Assembly: GCA_963844035.1 (NCBI GenBank)
Contig: CAWJMT010000027.1
Span: 32,001-96,000 of the forward strand
DNA: 64,000 nt
Direction of reading: 5' to 3'
Origin: an uncultured Gemmatimonadales bacterium
Lineage (GTDB): Bacteria > Gemmatimonadota > Gemmatimonadetes > Gemmatimonadales > GWC2-71-9
Positions 11,683-23,306 of this stretch are shown here, piece after piece; positions within the stretch are counted from its first letter, which is position 1; the number at the start of each line of letters is the position of its first letter. The notes below the pieces were generated by a model that was not told where the DNA came from, made no database searches, and was given only the letters and a program-made list of their open reading frames with translations. Made by a program: the position numbers and the translations under genes.

Positions 11683-13207
11683 GTGCCTAAGTTTTTCCTC
11701 ACGACCGCGATCGACTACTCCAACGGCGAGCCGCATCTCGGCCACGCCCTCGAGAAGATCGGCGCCGACTGCATCGCCCGGTACCGGCGGCTGTGCGGGG
11801 ACAACGTCCATTTCCTCATGGGCATGGACGAGCACAGCCAGTCGGTGATCCAGGCTGCCGCCCGCACGGGCGGCACGCCGCAGGGGTGGGTCGATGCGAT
11901 GGCCGACACGTTCGCCACGTATTGGAAGCGCCTCGAGTGCAGTCACGACGACTGGATCCGCACCACCGAGCCGCGGCACGCGCGGGCCGTCCCCGCCCTG
12001 CTCGAGCGCATCCGGCAGCGGCGCCCCGACGACCTGTTCGAGGCGGAGTACACCGGGCTCTACTGCACCGGGTGCGAGGAGTTCAAGACCGACGCGCAGA
12101 TCGTCGACGGCCACTGCATCGAGCACCCCACACTCGCGCTCGTCCCGACCAAGGAGCGGAATCACTTTTTTCGGCTGAGCGCGTACCGCGACGCGGTGCT
12201 CGAGCGCATCCGCTCGGGCGCGTTCCGGGTCGAGCCCGAGATCCGCCGCAACGAGGTCGTGCGCCTGCTCGAAGCCGGCCTCCAGGACATTTCGATTTCG
12301 CGGCAGCGGCTGGCGTGGGGCATCCCGTTCCCCGGCGACCCGCAGCAGACCGTGTACGTGTGGTTCGACGCGCTCATCAACTATCTCTCGGCAACCGGAT
12401 TCCCCGACGCGGGGTTCGAGCGGCTCTGGCCCGCCGACCTGCACGTCGTCGGCAAGGGGATCACGCGGTTTCACTGCGTGATCTGGCCCGCGATGCTGCT
12501 CGCCGCCGATCTCCCGCTCCCGCGCGAGGTGTGGGGGCACGGCTACGTGCAGTGGGCTGGCGACGAAGATGAGCAAGACGGCCGGCACGGCAGTCACGCT
12601 GGGGGATGCGATCGAGCGCCATGGCGCCGATGCACTGCGCTACTTCCTGTTGCGCGAGATCGGGTTCGAGGGCGACGGGGATTTCACATGGGAGCGGTTC
12701 GACGCACGCTACGCGTCGGAGCTCGCCAACACGCTCGGCAACCTGGTGTCGCGCTCGCTCTCGATGATCCACCGCTACCGCGGCGGCACCGTGCCGCGCG
12801 CGGCGGCCAGCGTCGGGTCGGCGTTCGACACCGAGGTCCGCCAGGCGGTCTCTGCGTACGCCGAGAGTATGAACGCCACGCGCCTGCATGACGGCGCGGC
12901 GCAGATGATGAACATCGCCGCCAGCGCGAACCGCTACATCGAAGAAACCGCCCCCTGGAAGCTCGCCAAGCAGGAGGCGCATGCCGAGCTCGACGTCGTG
13001 CTCGCCAACCTGGCGCGCGTGATGGTGCGGTTGGCGATCCTCGCCCACCCGTTCATCCCTGAGAAAGCAGCCGCGATCTGGAACGCGGCCTGTCCGGGCA
13101 TTTTGCTCGGGCCCGCTTCACTCCGCGAGGGAATGGGGGGCATCGAGGGGCGCGCCGTGGGTAAACCCCCCATCCTTTTCCCGAAGCCTGAAGCTGATTC
13201 CGCCTAG
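11683..13207 (+). CDS. metG: Methionyl-tRNA synthetase, short form (frameshift ~12560)
   Basis: TTAIDYSNGEPHLGH, Zn knuckle CTGC...CIEH, YVWFDAL, KMSKT across the shift, ANTLGNLVSR. Confidence 0.95.
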
Positions 13208-13219
13208 CGCCCGGAAGGG

Positions 13220-13274
13220 CGTGATGTGGCTCACTTATTGCGTATTTGACGGTCCAATCGGGGAGGCGTATCTT
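13220..13274 (+). promoter_or_regulatory. Sigma-70-like promoter with upstream CRP/FNR-like box
   Basis: TTGACG(13246)-17-TATCTT(13269); CGTGA-N6-TCACT at 13220-13235. Confidence 0.5.
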
Positions 13275-13388
13275 TGCTTCCCCTTGTTTGTGGCCGGATC
13301 CCGCCCTGTCCGGATATGGGTTGTCGCAGCACTGCACCGCCTTCTACCGGCGGGAGCTTTGACGTCGAACAGAGGTGCCACAACACCG

Positions 13389-14327
13389 ATGGGCAAACGC
13401 GCGGAACGACGCTGGACTGTCATGTTGGTGCCACACGGCTCGGGAGCCTCTCGAGCGGTGGAGGTGTCGCACACGGTCGTGAAAGTGCTGCTGGGGCTGG
13501 CCAGCGTTGTCACGCTCGTCGTCTCGGTGCTGGGCGTCGCGGCGATCGCGCGCGGCGTGAACATCACGCGCAACCGCACACTCGAGCGGGAGAACCGCGT
13601 GCTCGCGGGTGAGATCGCGCGCATGCAGGACCGGCTCGTCGGCCTGCGCGACACCATCAACTCGATCGGCGTGCGCGAGCAGGAGCTGCGGCTCCTCGCC
13701 GGCCTCAACGCGACCGACGCCGGCGTCCGCCAGGGCGGTATCGGCGGACCCACGGGCAGCTGGTCGGAGCGCGATTCACTGGCGGCGCTCGGACCCAACG
13801 GTCAGAAGGCGCTCGCCGCGCGCATGGACGTCGACGGTCTCATCCGCCGCGCGAATATTCTGGTGCGCTCCGTGAGCGAAGCACGCGACTCGCTCTCGAG
13901 CCATCAGGCGCGCTTCGCGGCGACGCCGTCCATCATGCCGACCAAGGGATGGCTCTCGAGCGCGTTTGCCTCGGAGCGCTCGCACCCGATCCTCCACCTG
14001 ACCCGCCCGCATGAAGGCATCGACGTCAGCGCACCCATGGGCGCCGAAATCGAAGCGCCGGCGTCGGGCGTCGTGGCCGACATCAAGTGGCAGGAGGGCT
14101 ACGGCAACCTGCTCACGATCGACCACGGGTACGGCCTCGTGACGCGCTACGCCCACTGCTCCAAGATTCTCGTCGTCCGCGGCCAGCGCGTGAAGCGCGG
14201 CCAGAAAATCGCCCTCGTCGGCTCGACCGGGTTGTCCACCGGCCCGCACGTGCACTACGAAGTGTGGGTGAACGGCAAGGCGGTCGATCCGAAAAAGTTC
14301 GTGCTGCCGGATGCGATCGTAGACTGA
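13389..14327 (+). CDS. M23 family peptidoglycan endopeptidase
   Basis: N-terminal TM plus coiled coil; HEGID, YAHCS, GSTGLSTGPHVHYEV. Confidence 0.93.
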   Translation: MGKRAERRWTVMLVPHGSGASRAVEVSHTVVKVLLGLASVVTLVVSVLGVAAIARGVNITRNRTLERENRVLAGEIARMQDRLVGLRDTINSIGVREQELRLLAGLNATDAGVRQGGIGGPTGSWSERDSLAALGPNGQKALAARMDVDGLIRRANILVRSVSEARDSLSSHQARFAATPSIMPTKGWLSSAFASERSHPILHLTRPHEGIDVSAPMGAEIEAPASGVVADIKWQEGYGNLLTIDHGYGLVTRYAHCSKILVVRGQRVKRGQKIALVGSTGLSTGPHVHYEVWVNGKAVDPKKFVLPDAIVD

Positions 14328-14355
14328 CGGGAGGGCGGGAAGGCGGGAGGGCGGG

Positions 14356-14400
14356 AAAAAAGAAATGGGGGCCCCGGATCACCGGAGCCCCCATTTCATT
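14356..14400. terminator. Bidirectional intrinsic terminator between convergent genes
   Basis: GAAATGGGGGCCCCGG-ATCA-CCGGAGCCCCCATTTC stem flanked by A/T runs. Confidence 0.75.
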
Positions 14401-14425
14401 TCTAACCGTCTAACCGCCTAACCGT

Positions 14426-14980
14426 CTAGAAACTGACCTTCGGTGCCTTCTCCGCTCCGGCTTCTGCCTCGAAGTACGGTCGCGGCCCTTTCCCGATCAC
14501 CTTCGCCGTCAGCACCGCGGGGAACCGGCGGATGTAGGCGTTGTAGCGATTCACCGCCTCGTTGTAGTCCTGCCGCGCCACCGCCACCCGGTTCTCGGTC
14601 CCTTCGAGCTGATCCTGCAGGGCACGAAAATTCTCGTTCGACTTGAGCTGCGGATAGTTCTCGGCGATCGCGAGCAGTCGGCCGAGCGGCGCCGTCAATG
14701 CAGCGTTCGCCGCGGCCATCTGTTCCACGTTGTTGGACTGCACGGCACCGGACAGCTTGGCCCGCGCTTCCGCGACCTCCGTGAAGATCGTCATTTCCTG
14801 CTTCGCGAATGCCTTGACCGTCTCCACGAGATTGGGGATCAAGTCCGCCCGGCGCTGCAGCTGGACCTTGATCTGTCCCTCGGCCGCGTTGACCTGCTCG
14901 TCGTACGTCTGAATCGTGTTGTACCCGCACCCCGTCGTCAGGGCGAGCGCTACCAGCAACCACCGCATCCGTAGGTTCAC
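14426..14980 (-). CDS. lemA: LemA family protein (lipoprotein-type)
   Basis: LTTGCGYN, QRRADLIPNLVETVK, ENYPQLKSNENF, QLEGTENRVAVAR. Confidence 0.95.
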   Translation of the reverse strand: MNLRMRWLLVALALTTGCGYNTIQTYDEQVNAAEGQIKVQLQRRADLIPNLVETVKAFAKQEMTIFTEVAEARAKLSGAVQSNNVEQMAAANAALTAPLGRLLAIAENYPQLKSNENFRALQDQLEGTENRVAVARQDYNEAVNRYNAYIRRFPAVLTAKVIGKGPRPYFEAEAGAEKAPKVSF

Positions 14981-14995
14981 GAGTGCATCACTCCT

Positions 14996-15706
14996 CTAGG
15001 TGAGACCGTTGACAAACTCAGCCGTCCGTGCCACCGCGGCCAGGTACGCCCCCGCCCGGGGGTCGCGCGGCGCGAGCGCAAGCCGCGCCCGGCCCGCGGC
15101 GTGCGCCACCAGATCCTCGAGCGCGGCCGCGGAAAACCCCGCGACCGCTCCCGCCTCCCGCACGACGTCTTCGGATGCGGCGGGCACTGCGCGCCCGGTG
15201 AGGCGCAACAGGCTGCGCAGCATCGTGAAGAACCCCGCCCCGCTCCCGACGACCACCTCCGTCAACCGCTTCGAGTCGCTCCCCGCCGCGGCGTACGCCT
15301 GCCGCAGACGGATGAGCTTGCCGACCAGCTCGAACTCGAGCTGGCGCCGCAGATCCTCGCGCCGGACCGTGATCCCCTGCCACGGGTCCCGGCCGGCCAG
15401 CAGACGGTGCGCCTGGCGTATCTCCTCGTACTCGATCGCGAACGCGTCGCTCGAGGCCCGCCACTCGCGCTCGGTAAAGATCAATGGCGCCGGATTGCCG
15501 GCGCGGGTCCACGTGCGCACCGCCGGCTCGAGCGCCGCGAACAGGGCCTCGTCCACCGCGTCGCACACGAGCAATGTGTTCACGTCCGAACGTCCGGCCA
15601 CATGCGTCCCGCGCGCGGCCGATCCGTAGAGGAGCAGCGACCCGAGTCGGGCCCCGAGCGCCTTGGCAACGTCCTGCGCAAACGTTTCCGCCGTGACTGC
15701 CGCCAT
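14996..15706 (-). CDS. Nucleotidyltransferase-fold (Pol beta superfamily) protein
   Basis: LLLYGSAARGTHVAGRSDVNTLLV motif and a helical C-terminus; lies between the TPM gene and lemA. Confidence 0.75.
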   Translation of the reverse strand: MAAVTAETFAQDVAKALGARLGSLLLYGSAARGTHVAGRSDVNTLLVCDAVDEALFAALEPAVRTWTRAGNPAPLIFTEREWRASSDAFAIEYEEIRQAHRLLAGRDPWQGITVRREDLRRQLEFELVGKLIRLRQAYAAAGSDSKRLTEVVVGSGAGFFTMLRSLLRLTGRAVPAASEDVVREAGAVAGFSAAALEDLVAHAAGRARLALAPRDPRAGAYLAAVARTAEFVNGLT

Positions 15707-15708
15707 CG

Positions 15709-16480
15709 TTAGAACTTGCCTCCCGCGCCGCCACCCGAGAATCCGCCGCCACCGCCAAATCCGCCAAACCCGCCGCCGAAACCGCCGCCCCCTCCCCCGC
15801 CCCAGCCACCCCTTCCGCCACCGCGACCACCCGAATCCACCAGCAGGAGCGGCAGGAACAGCCCGCGCCGGCGACTGAGGAAGAACAGCACGAGGAGAAA
15901 CAGCAGCAGCTTGACCACCGCTGGCATCCCGGGGGCGTGCTCGCCTTCCGCGGGAACGGGTACGCCGGTCAGCGTGACGCCGAACTCCGCCGCGAAGGCC
16001 TGGGCGATGAGATCCACGCCCGTGCTGAGACCCGCGCCATAGTCTTCGCGCGCCAGGAACGGCCCCATGGCGTCGCGGATCCGGCCCGACGCGCGCGTCG
16101 GGAAGAAACCCCTCAGCGCCCCGCCCGGTGGAGATGAACAGGTCCCCGGTGCCCGCCCGATGGTCGTGCCGTGGCACGAGCAGCATCACGATCCCGAGGT
16201 TCTTTCGCGGATCGCCCGCCTCCCCCTTGGCACCCACCCCCCAGTCGCGCCCGATCTTGAGGGCGACATCGCTCGCCTCCCGACCGCCGAGATCCGGCCA
16301 TGTCACGACCGCGATCTCGCCGCCCGTCTTCTGGCGCACCTCGGCGATCACGTCTTCCATGTGCGTCACGGATTCGGGGGCCAGCACGTGCGCGAAATCG
16401 TTGACGTAGCCCACGGGGGCGGGGACGGCGACCTGAACGAAGAGGACGAACGCGAGGGCGACCACGATGTGCGGAAACAT
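15709..16480 (-). CDS. TPM domain (YgcG/DUF477) protein (frameshift ~16085)
   Basis: GYVNDFAHVL, EIAVVT, WGVG, GRGAEGFLPD; TM helix and Gly-rich tail GGGGFSGGGAGGKF. Confidence 0.9.
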
Positions 16481-16545
16481 AATGCCAGTAGCGCCATCAC
16501 CGGCCAGTCGCTATGGTAGTGCCGACCCGCAATCGTCGGCCTTCC

Positions 16546-17223
16546 ATGGATTTGCAAGGAGATCCAGTGCCCAGGATCTACGGTCCGCTGTCGCTCTCGC
16601 TCGGGCTCCGCGTCTGCGTCCTCGCCTGCGCACTGTCTGGTCTGGCGCGCGACGCATTCGCCCAGGCCGACCGCGCGACCGCCCGGTCCAAGGGCCGCCC
16701 GGACGCGCCCATCACGATCTACGTCATGTCGGACTTCCAGTGCCCGTTCTGCCGCGACTTCGCGCTCACGACGATGCCGACATTGGAGCGCGAATACATC
16801 AAGCCCGGCAAGGTCCGGTTCACATTCGTCAACTATCCCCTCACGAGCATTCACCAGCACGCCGTCGCCGCCGCCGAGGTAGCGATGTGCGCCGCGCTGC
16901 AGGGAAAGTTCTGGCCCGTGCACGACCGGCTGTTTCAGCGCCAGGAGCAGTGGGCCGAACAACAGGACGCCGGTCCCTATTTGCTCGCGCTGGCGGATTC
17001 GGCCGGTGTGAACCATGCCCAGCTTGCCGAGTGCGTGAGCACCCACGCGACGCGATCCGCCGTCGAGGCCGACGCCGCCGCCTCGGTCCGGGCGGGCGCC
17101 CGCAGCACCCCAACGTTCTACATCGAGGGAGGACTCATCGATGGCGCCGCCCCGATCGCGGCGTTCCGCGAGATCCTCGACTCGGTCTACCAGGTGAAGA
17201 CCGCCGCGCCAGCGCGTCACTGA
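16546..17223 (+). CDS. DsbA/BdbD-like thioredoxin-fold protein
   Basis: KGRPDAPITI...SDFQCPFC, STPTFYI. Confidence 0.9.
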   Translation: MDLQGDPVPRIYGPLSLSLGLRVCVLACALSGLARDAFAQADRATARSKGRPDAPITIYVMSDFQCPFCRDFALTTMPTLEREYIKPGKVRFTFVNYPLTSIHQHAVAAAEVAMCAALQGKFWPVHDRLFQRQEQWAEQQDAGPYLLALADSAGVNHAQLAECVSTHATRSAVEADAAASVRAGARSTPTFYIEGGLIDGAAPIAAFREILDSVYQVKTAAPARH

Positions 17224-18540
17224 TGGCCCGCCCTTCCATCTTGTACCGCCTCAGCGTCCGGCTGGCCGGCAAGGCAGCCCCGTTCGCGGCGCGCTTCGAC
17301 AAGAAGCTCGCCCGCGGTCTGGACGCGCGGCGTGGTCTGGTGGACCGCTTCGAGGCCTGGGCGAAGGACCATCGCGATCACAAACGGCCGCTCGTGTGGG
17401 TCCACGCGCCATCAGTCGGGGAAGGCCTGCAGGCGAAGCCCGTGCTCGAAGCGTTGCGGGTGGCGCAGCCCCACTGGCAGCTCGCCTACACGTTTTTCTC
17501 GCCGTCCGCGGAACGGCTGGCCCGGACGCTCCCCGCCGACGTCACCGACTATCTGCCCATCGACCGCCCGCACGACGTGAAAGCCGTGCTCGCGGCGTTG
17601 CAGCCGACCGCGCTCGTGTTCTCGAAGCTCGACGTGTGGCCGGAGTTGACGCTCGCCGCGGCGCGCCGCGGGGCAAAGCTGGGACTCATCTCCGCCACCG
17701 TCGCACCCGCAAGCTCACGGCTGCGCTGGCCCGCCCGCGGATGGGGACTCCCCGCCTATCGCGCCATCGACCGGATCGGAGCGATCAGCGAGGAGGATGC
17801 GCGGCGGTTGGAGCAGCTCGGGGCCAGGCGCGAGGTCATCGTGGTGACGGGCGACACGCGCTACGACAGCGTCGCGGAGCGGGCCGAGCGGTTCGACCGC
17901 ACGCGGGAGCCGTTTCTTCGCCTCAGCACGGTGGGCGACAAAGTGTTCACGATCGTGGCCGGGTCCACCTGGCCGGGCGATGAAGAGGTGGTGCTGGCCG
18001 CGTTCGCCGATCTGCGCGCGCAAGTGCCCGCGGCCCGGCTGATCCTCGCGCCGCACGAGCCAAACCCCGATCACCTGGCCGGCATAACGCTCCGCACCCA
18101 GGCGCTCGGGCTCCCGCGGCCCGTGCGTCTCTCGCAACTGGAGCACGCGCGGCCCTCCCCGGTCATCGTGGTGGACCGCGTCGGCACGCTGGCGGACCTC
18201 TACGCGCTCGCGGACGTCGCGTTCGTCGGGGGAGGGTTCCACCGGGCGGGGTTGCACTCGGTGCTCGAGCCCGCGGTGTTCGGAGTTCCGGTCGTGGTGG
18301 GGCCGCATTGGCAGATGAGCCGGGACGCCCACCTCTTGATCGAGCGCGGCGGCGCGGTGGCGCTCCCGGCGGATGGACGCCAGCCCCTGCACTCGCAATC
18401 GCTCGTCTGGTTTCACGATCCGGCGGCACGCCGCAAAGCGGGCGCGGTGGGACAGCAGGTGGTGCGGGAGGGGCGCGGCGCGGCGGAGCGAACCACCGCG
18501 CTGGTACTCGCGATGGTGCGGGACGCGGTGCGAGCGCTAA
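17223..18540 (+). CDS. waaA: 3-deoxy-D-manno-octulosonic acid (Kdo) transferase; 3' end uncertain
   Basis: VWVHAPSVGE, GDTRYD, AGSTW, LILAPHEP, AFVGGGF...HSVLEPA. The frame as written stays open to 18821 over a convergent gene; the true end is probably near 18540. Confidence 0.88.
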
Positions 18541-18938
18541 GGCGTTTCGGGCGGCGCGACTGGCGCCGGCGCTTCCTTTCCGACCACCACACCCTCGTAG
18601 GTCACCGAGCGGGGCGCGACGAGTCCCGCGGTAATCACGGTGAAAAACACGTCGCTGAAGCGACTGCGGACGTGGATCTTCAGGCTCGCGATGGACGCGT
18701 TCTTGCCGAGCTGGCCCGCCAGCAGATCTTCTATGTTGGCACCGCCCATGGAGAACATGCCCCAGATCAGATACACCGGATGTCGGGTGATCTTGAACTG
18801 GTTCCCGGCCGGCTGGGGTAAGATGGGCTCCGCCATGGTGGCGGTGACGCCGAGGTGCGACGCATCAAATTTGGAAGCGCAGCCGCTCGGCGACAGCGCC
18901 AGCGCGACGAGGGTCGCGCCTGCAAGAATGCGTTTCAC
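18537..18938 (-). CDS. Small Bor/Iss-like lipoprotein
   Basis: GTG start and signal peptide with SGC; YLIWG and FFTVITAGLVAPRSVTYEG pattern typical of the Bor family. Confidence 0.6.
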   Translation of the reverse strand: MKRILAGATLVALALSPSGCASKFDASHLGVTATMAEPILPQPAGNQFKITRHPVYLIWGMFSMGGANIEDLLAGQLGKNASIASLKIHVRSRFSDVFFTVITAGLVAPRSVTYEGVVVGKEAPAPVAPPETP

Positions 18939-19018
18939 ACGGCTCCTGGGGAGACGAATGGGCGCGCTGGGAGCAGCGCGCACCAAAGGTAGTCGCTGAA
19001 TATGCCCTTGTGAACCCG

Positions 19019-19657
19019 TCAGAGACCGAACGCCGGCCGGAACGAGAGGTGTGCGCCGATGCCGAACGTAGTGGTATGTCCCCCGCCCTCCAGGTTCTCA
19101 TAGTCCATCGCCGCGTGGATCCCCAGCATGCCGAACCCGACGGTCAGACCGCCGGCCACGCCGAACTGCGTGCTCGTTGAGGCAGCGTTCGTCACGCGGA
19201 CGCCGGGGGCGATCCACGGCTCGAGGCTCACGCCGGGTGCCGGAAGGTCGACCGCGAACCCCACTGCGCCGGTCCAGCGCGTCGTCGTGACGCTCGCCAC
19301 ACTGTAGGACGCGAACCCGCCCTGCAGGTTCATGGACACGGGCATCAACGACCCGCCGATCAGCCGCAGGGCCCCGGTGCCGCCCCACTCAGTGACGCTG
19401 CCCGAGGCTCCGTCCGCGTCCCGCGTGCCTACCGTCGCACTGACCGTCAGCACGCTCATCCCGAACACCACGCGCCCCGCGTACGTGGAGCCACCCCCGC
19501 CGCTCGAATCGGGCGAGCCGTAGTCCGCGGCGAATGTGAGTCCAGTTCCGCTGCGCGGACTATTCCACACGGGCATGCCGGCGAGCTGGGCGGCCGCACG
19601 CCCCGGTGCGGCGAGTGCGGCCCCAGCAACGCAGACCAACAGAAGAGCGCGCTTCAT
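19019..19657 (-). CDS. Outer-membrane beta-barrel protein
   Basis: Signal peptide (AAAQ) and alternating Gly/aromatic strands; SD GGAGG. Confidence 0.7.
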   Translation of the reverse strand: MKRALLLVCVAGAALAAPGRAAAQLAGMPVWNSPRSGTGLTFAADYGSPDSSGGGGSTYAGRVVFGMSVLTVSATVGTRDADGASGSVTEWGGTGALRLIGGSLMPVSMNLQGGFASYSVASVTTTRWTGAVGFAVDLPAPGVSLEPWIAPGVRVTNAASTSTQFGVAGGLTVGFGMLGIHAAMDYENLEGGGHTTTFGIGAHLSFRPAFGL

Positions 19658-19694
19658 GAATCGTCCTCCACCTGCGAGAAGGTATCCAGCGTGC

Positions 19695-20300
19695 CTAGCG
19701 CAGCCAGACGGCGCCGAGCGACACGCCGTCGAAATCACCGATGCCGGCGCTGATCCGTAGGTCGAACCTGCGACTCAACCTCAAGTCAACGCCGAGCCCC
19801 AAGGTAAACTGGACGTCCGTACCAGCGTCGTTAAAGACGAGCCAGGTGGTCGGCTGCACGTACGGTACGATAACCATTGAGGAGTCCTTCGGCTGCACCC
19901 GGCGGCCGAGGGACAGGCCCAACGGAACAGTTACCACCCAAGTGTCACCGAAGTTGGTACCGACGCCGACCGTGATCGCCCCGTCCAACGGAAAGTCCTC
20001 CGTCTGCTTGATCACGCGCTGGCGCGCTTCGACACCCAGGAGTCCGATCGCGTCGGCGCTGTCTCCCGGCGAATACATGCCCCCGCGCAGGCCCAGGTCG
20101 AAGTTACCGCGCGCGCGGCGGTACACGCCTTCGAACGCGACGCCGTTGCCGTTCGGAAAGCTCACGACGGCGCCGATCTCCGATTTCGTGAACGCCCGGT
20201 ACGGCGCGCTGAACGACGGCGTGCTCGTCGACTGTGCGCTCAGCGGGGCGATGAGACCAAGAGCGAGCCCGGCGATCAGCAACGTCTTCTGGTGCCGCAT
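19695..20300 (-). CDS. Outer-membrane beta-barrel protein
   Basis: Signal peptide (LSAQ), amphipathic strands, C-terminal SLGAVWLR. Confidence 0.7.
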   Translation of the reverse strand: MRHQKTLLIAGLALGLIAPLSAQSTSTPSFSAPYRAFTKSEIGAVVSFPNGNGVAFEGVYRRARGNFDLGLRGGMYSPGDSADAIGLLGVEARQRVIKQTEDFPLDGAITVGVGTNFGDTWVVTVPLGLSLGRRVQPKDSSMVIVPYVQPTTWLVFNDAGTDVQFTLGLGVDLRLSRRFDLRISAGIGDFDGVSLGAVWLR

Positions 20301-20401
20301 GGTACCGTCCTCAGTTGGTTATGGGGAAGATGCTGAGACAAGTACCCGAGGGTCGCGGTGGCGTTCCCTCACAGGGTCGGACGCAACGCTTGGATTCGAC
20401 A

Positions 20402-20530
20402 TCAGTGCCAGAACGACAAACCGATCCTCGTGCCGAGGGTCACGTTGCTTGGGTGGCCGCCCCCCCCGAACATGTAGCCGAGGAAGCCCTCGAACCGCGC
20501 CGCCGAGGAGCCGAACTCGTCCTCCTGGTG
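20402..20530 (-). pseudogene. 3' remnant of a paralog of the 20667..21248 barrel gene, start codon deleted
   Basis: Encodes FGSSAARFEGFLGYMF...LGTRIGLSFWH versus FGSAATRIEAFLGYAF...LGTRIGLSFWR in the intact gene. An SD (AGGAGGA) directly precedes it with no start codon. Confidence 0.75.
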
Positions 20531-20666
20531 TGTGCGAGCTGACCCAACTACCCGAATGGTCAGCGACGCGTTCCCAGTGAGGACCGGACGCAACACGGCC
20601 CGCCCACAGAGTGGACGGGCCGCGTGATGAGGTGTGACATCGCTCACGCCGTATTGGCCCAAACGA

Positions 20667-21248
20667 TCAACGCCAGAATGACAAGCCGATGCGAGTCCCG
20701 AGAGAGAAACTGCTCGGCAAAGCGTCGCTCTCGAACGCATAGCCAAGGAAGGCCTCGATACGTGTGGCCGCACTGCCGAACGGTATGCGCTTCCCCACGC
20801 CGGCACCGAGCGAGAATTGCGACCCGCTCCCGCCGCCGAGATCATAGAACGACATGCCCACGCCGCCCGTGATGTACGGCGCGCGCACCAGCTTGTACGG
20901 CCCGCTGCCGGCCTTCAGGCGATACAGCACATTGAGGCCGGGCGTGACCGTGTAGGTGGTGGCGCCGATCGTGGTGAGCAAGAAGCTGAGACGTGGCTCC
21001 CACATCAGCTTCTTGTGGGTGAGGAAGCCCATGCGAACGTCCACGGGCAGGCCCATGTTGATGCCGCCATCCACGTCCGACGGCTTGGTGTATGAGGCCG
21101 CAAAATCGCCCCCCAACTCGTAGCGGGGACTGGATGTCGTGCTGGCCGTGGTCTTCGTGTTGGCTGGGGTCTTCTTCTGCGCCGACGCGGGCGCGGACGA
21201 CATGGCGAGACACCCAACCAACAACGCACAGCCGAGGAGCTTGACCAT
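20667..21248 (-). CDS. Outer-membrane beta-barrel protein
   Basis: Signal peptide (ASAQ), about 8 strands, aromatic C-terminus SFWR; SD AAGGAGG. Confidence 0.75.
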   Translation of the reverse strand: MVKLLGCALLVGCLAMSSAPASAQKKTPANTKTTASTTSSPRYELGGDFAASYTKPSDVDGGINMGLPVDVRMGFLTHKKLMWEPRLSFLLTTIGATTYTVTPGLNVLYRLKAGSGPYKLVRAPYITGGVGMSFYDLGGGSGSQFSLGAGVGKRIPFGSAATRIEAFLGYAFESDALPSSFSLGTRIGLSFWR

Positions 21249-21495
21249 AACGGTTCCTCCTTGGATGAGTACGTGTGCTGGTGATCCCTAGGGCGCCTCA
21301 ATAAGCGCCCTACCTCTAAGACACGGCCTTCGTTCTGTCAAGTGTTTTCCACACACACGACCACACCACGCACGGTTACACCGTGCCCCGAAAGAGGCCG
21401 GACGCAAGACGGCCCGTCCATAGTGTGGACGGGCCGTATCAGGCCGATGTGATCCTTCTCACGATGACGTGGGCCGCGGGTCTCGTTCCGACCGG

Positions 21496-21744
21496 TCAGG
21501 TGGTTTCGGCGTGATCGGCCACTACACGCACGGTGTTGTCCGCCACCTGCAGGAATCCACCTGCAATCTTGAACGCGCTGGTGGCGCCGGCGTGACGCAC
21601 CCGCAGCACGCCCTCGCCGAGCAGCGTCAGGAACGGCGCGTGGCGGTTCAGGATACCGACCAGTCCGTCGTACGCGGGCGCGACCACGGATTCGGCCTCG
21701 CCGTCGAAGACGGCCCGCTCGGGAGAGATCACTTTGACGTGCAC
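21496..21744 (-). CDS. atpC: ATP synthase epsilon subunit (beta-sandwich only, 82 aa)
   Basis: VKVISPERAVFDGEA...GILNRHAP...GGFLQV. Confidence 0.93.
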   Translation of the reverse strand: MHVKVISPERAVFDGEAESVVAPAYDGLVGILNRHAPFLTLLGEGVLRVRHAGATSAFKIAGGFLQVADNTVRVVADHAETT

Positions 21745-21749
21745 GCGGA

Positions 21750-23219
<1,470 letters not shown>

Positions 23220-23306
23220 TCAGGTATCAGGTATCAGGTGTCAGGTGTCAGAGCCGGTGTCTGCGTCAGGGAGACCCTGACACCTGACACCTGGCACCCG
23301 ACACCT
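23220..23306. repeat. Heptamer tandem-repeat hairpin (CAGGTRT)n...(ACACCTG)n
   Basis: Direct reading of the atpG-atpD spacer. Confidence 0.85.

Noticed and set aside
14996..16480. TPM-nucleotidyltransferase fusion (494-aa ORF)
   Set aside because: Produced by an indel near 16085; the proper TPM Gly-rich C-terminus and stop are in another frame ending at 15709.
16467..18821. 784-aa extended WaaA
   Set aside because: The N-terminal part is an off-frame reading of the DsbA-like gene, and the tail overlaps a convergent lipoprotein gene.
20402..20780. Diversity-generating retroelement (TR/VR pair) at the barrel gene 3' end
   Set aside because: Differences are not adenine-specific, many are synonymous, and no reverse transcriptase is in the window.
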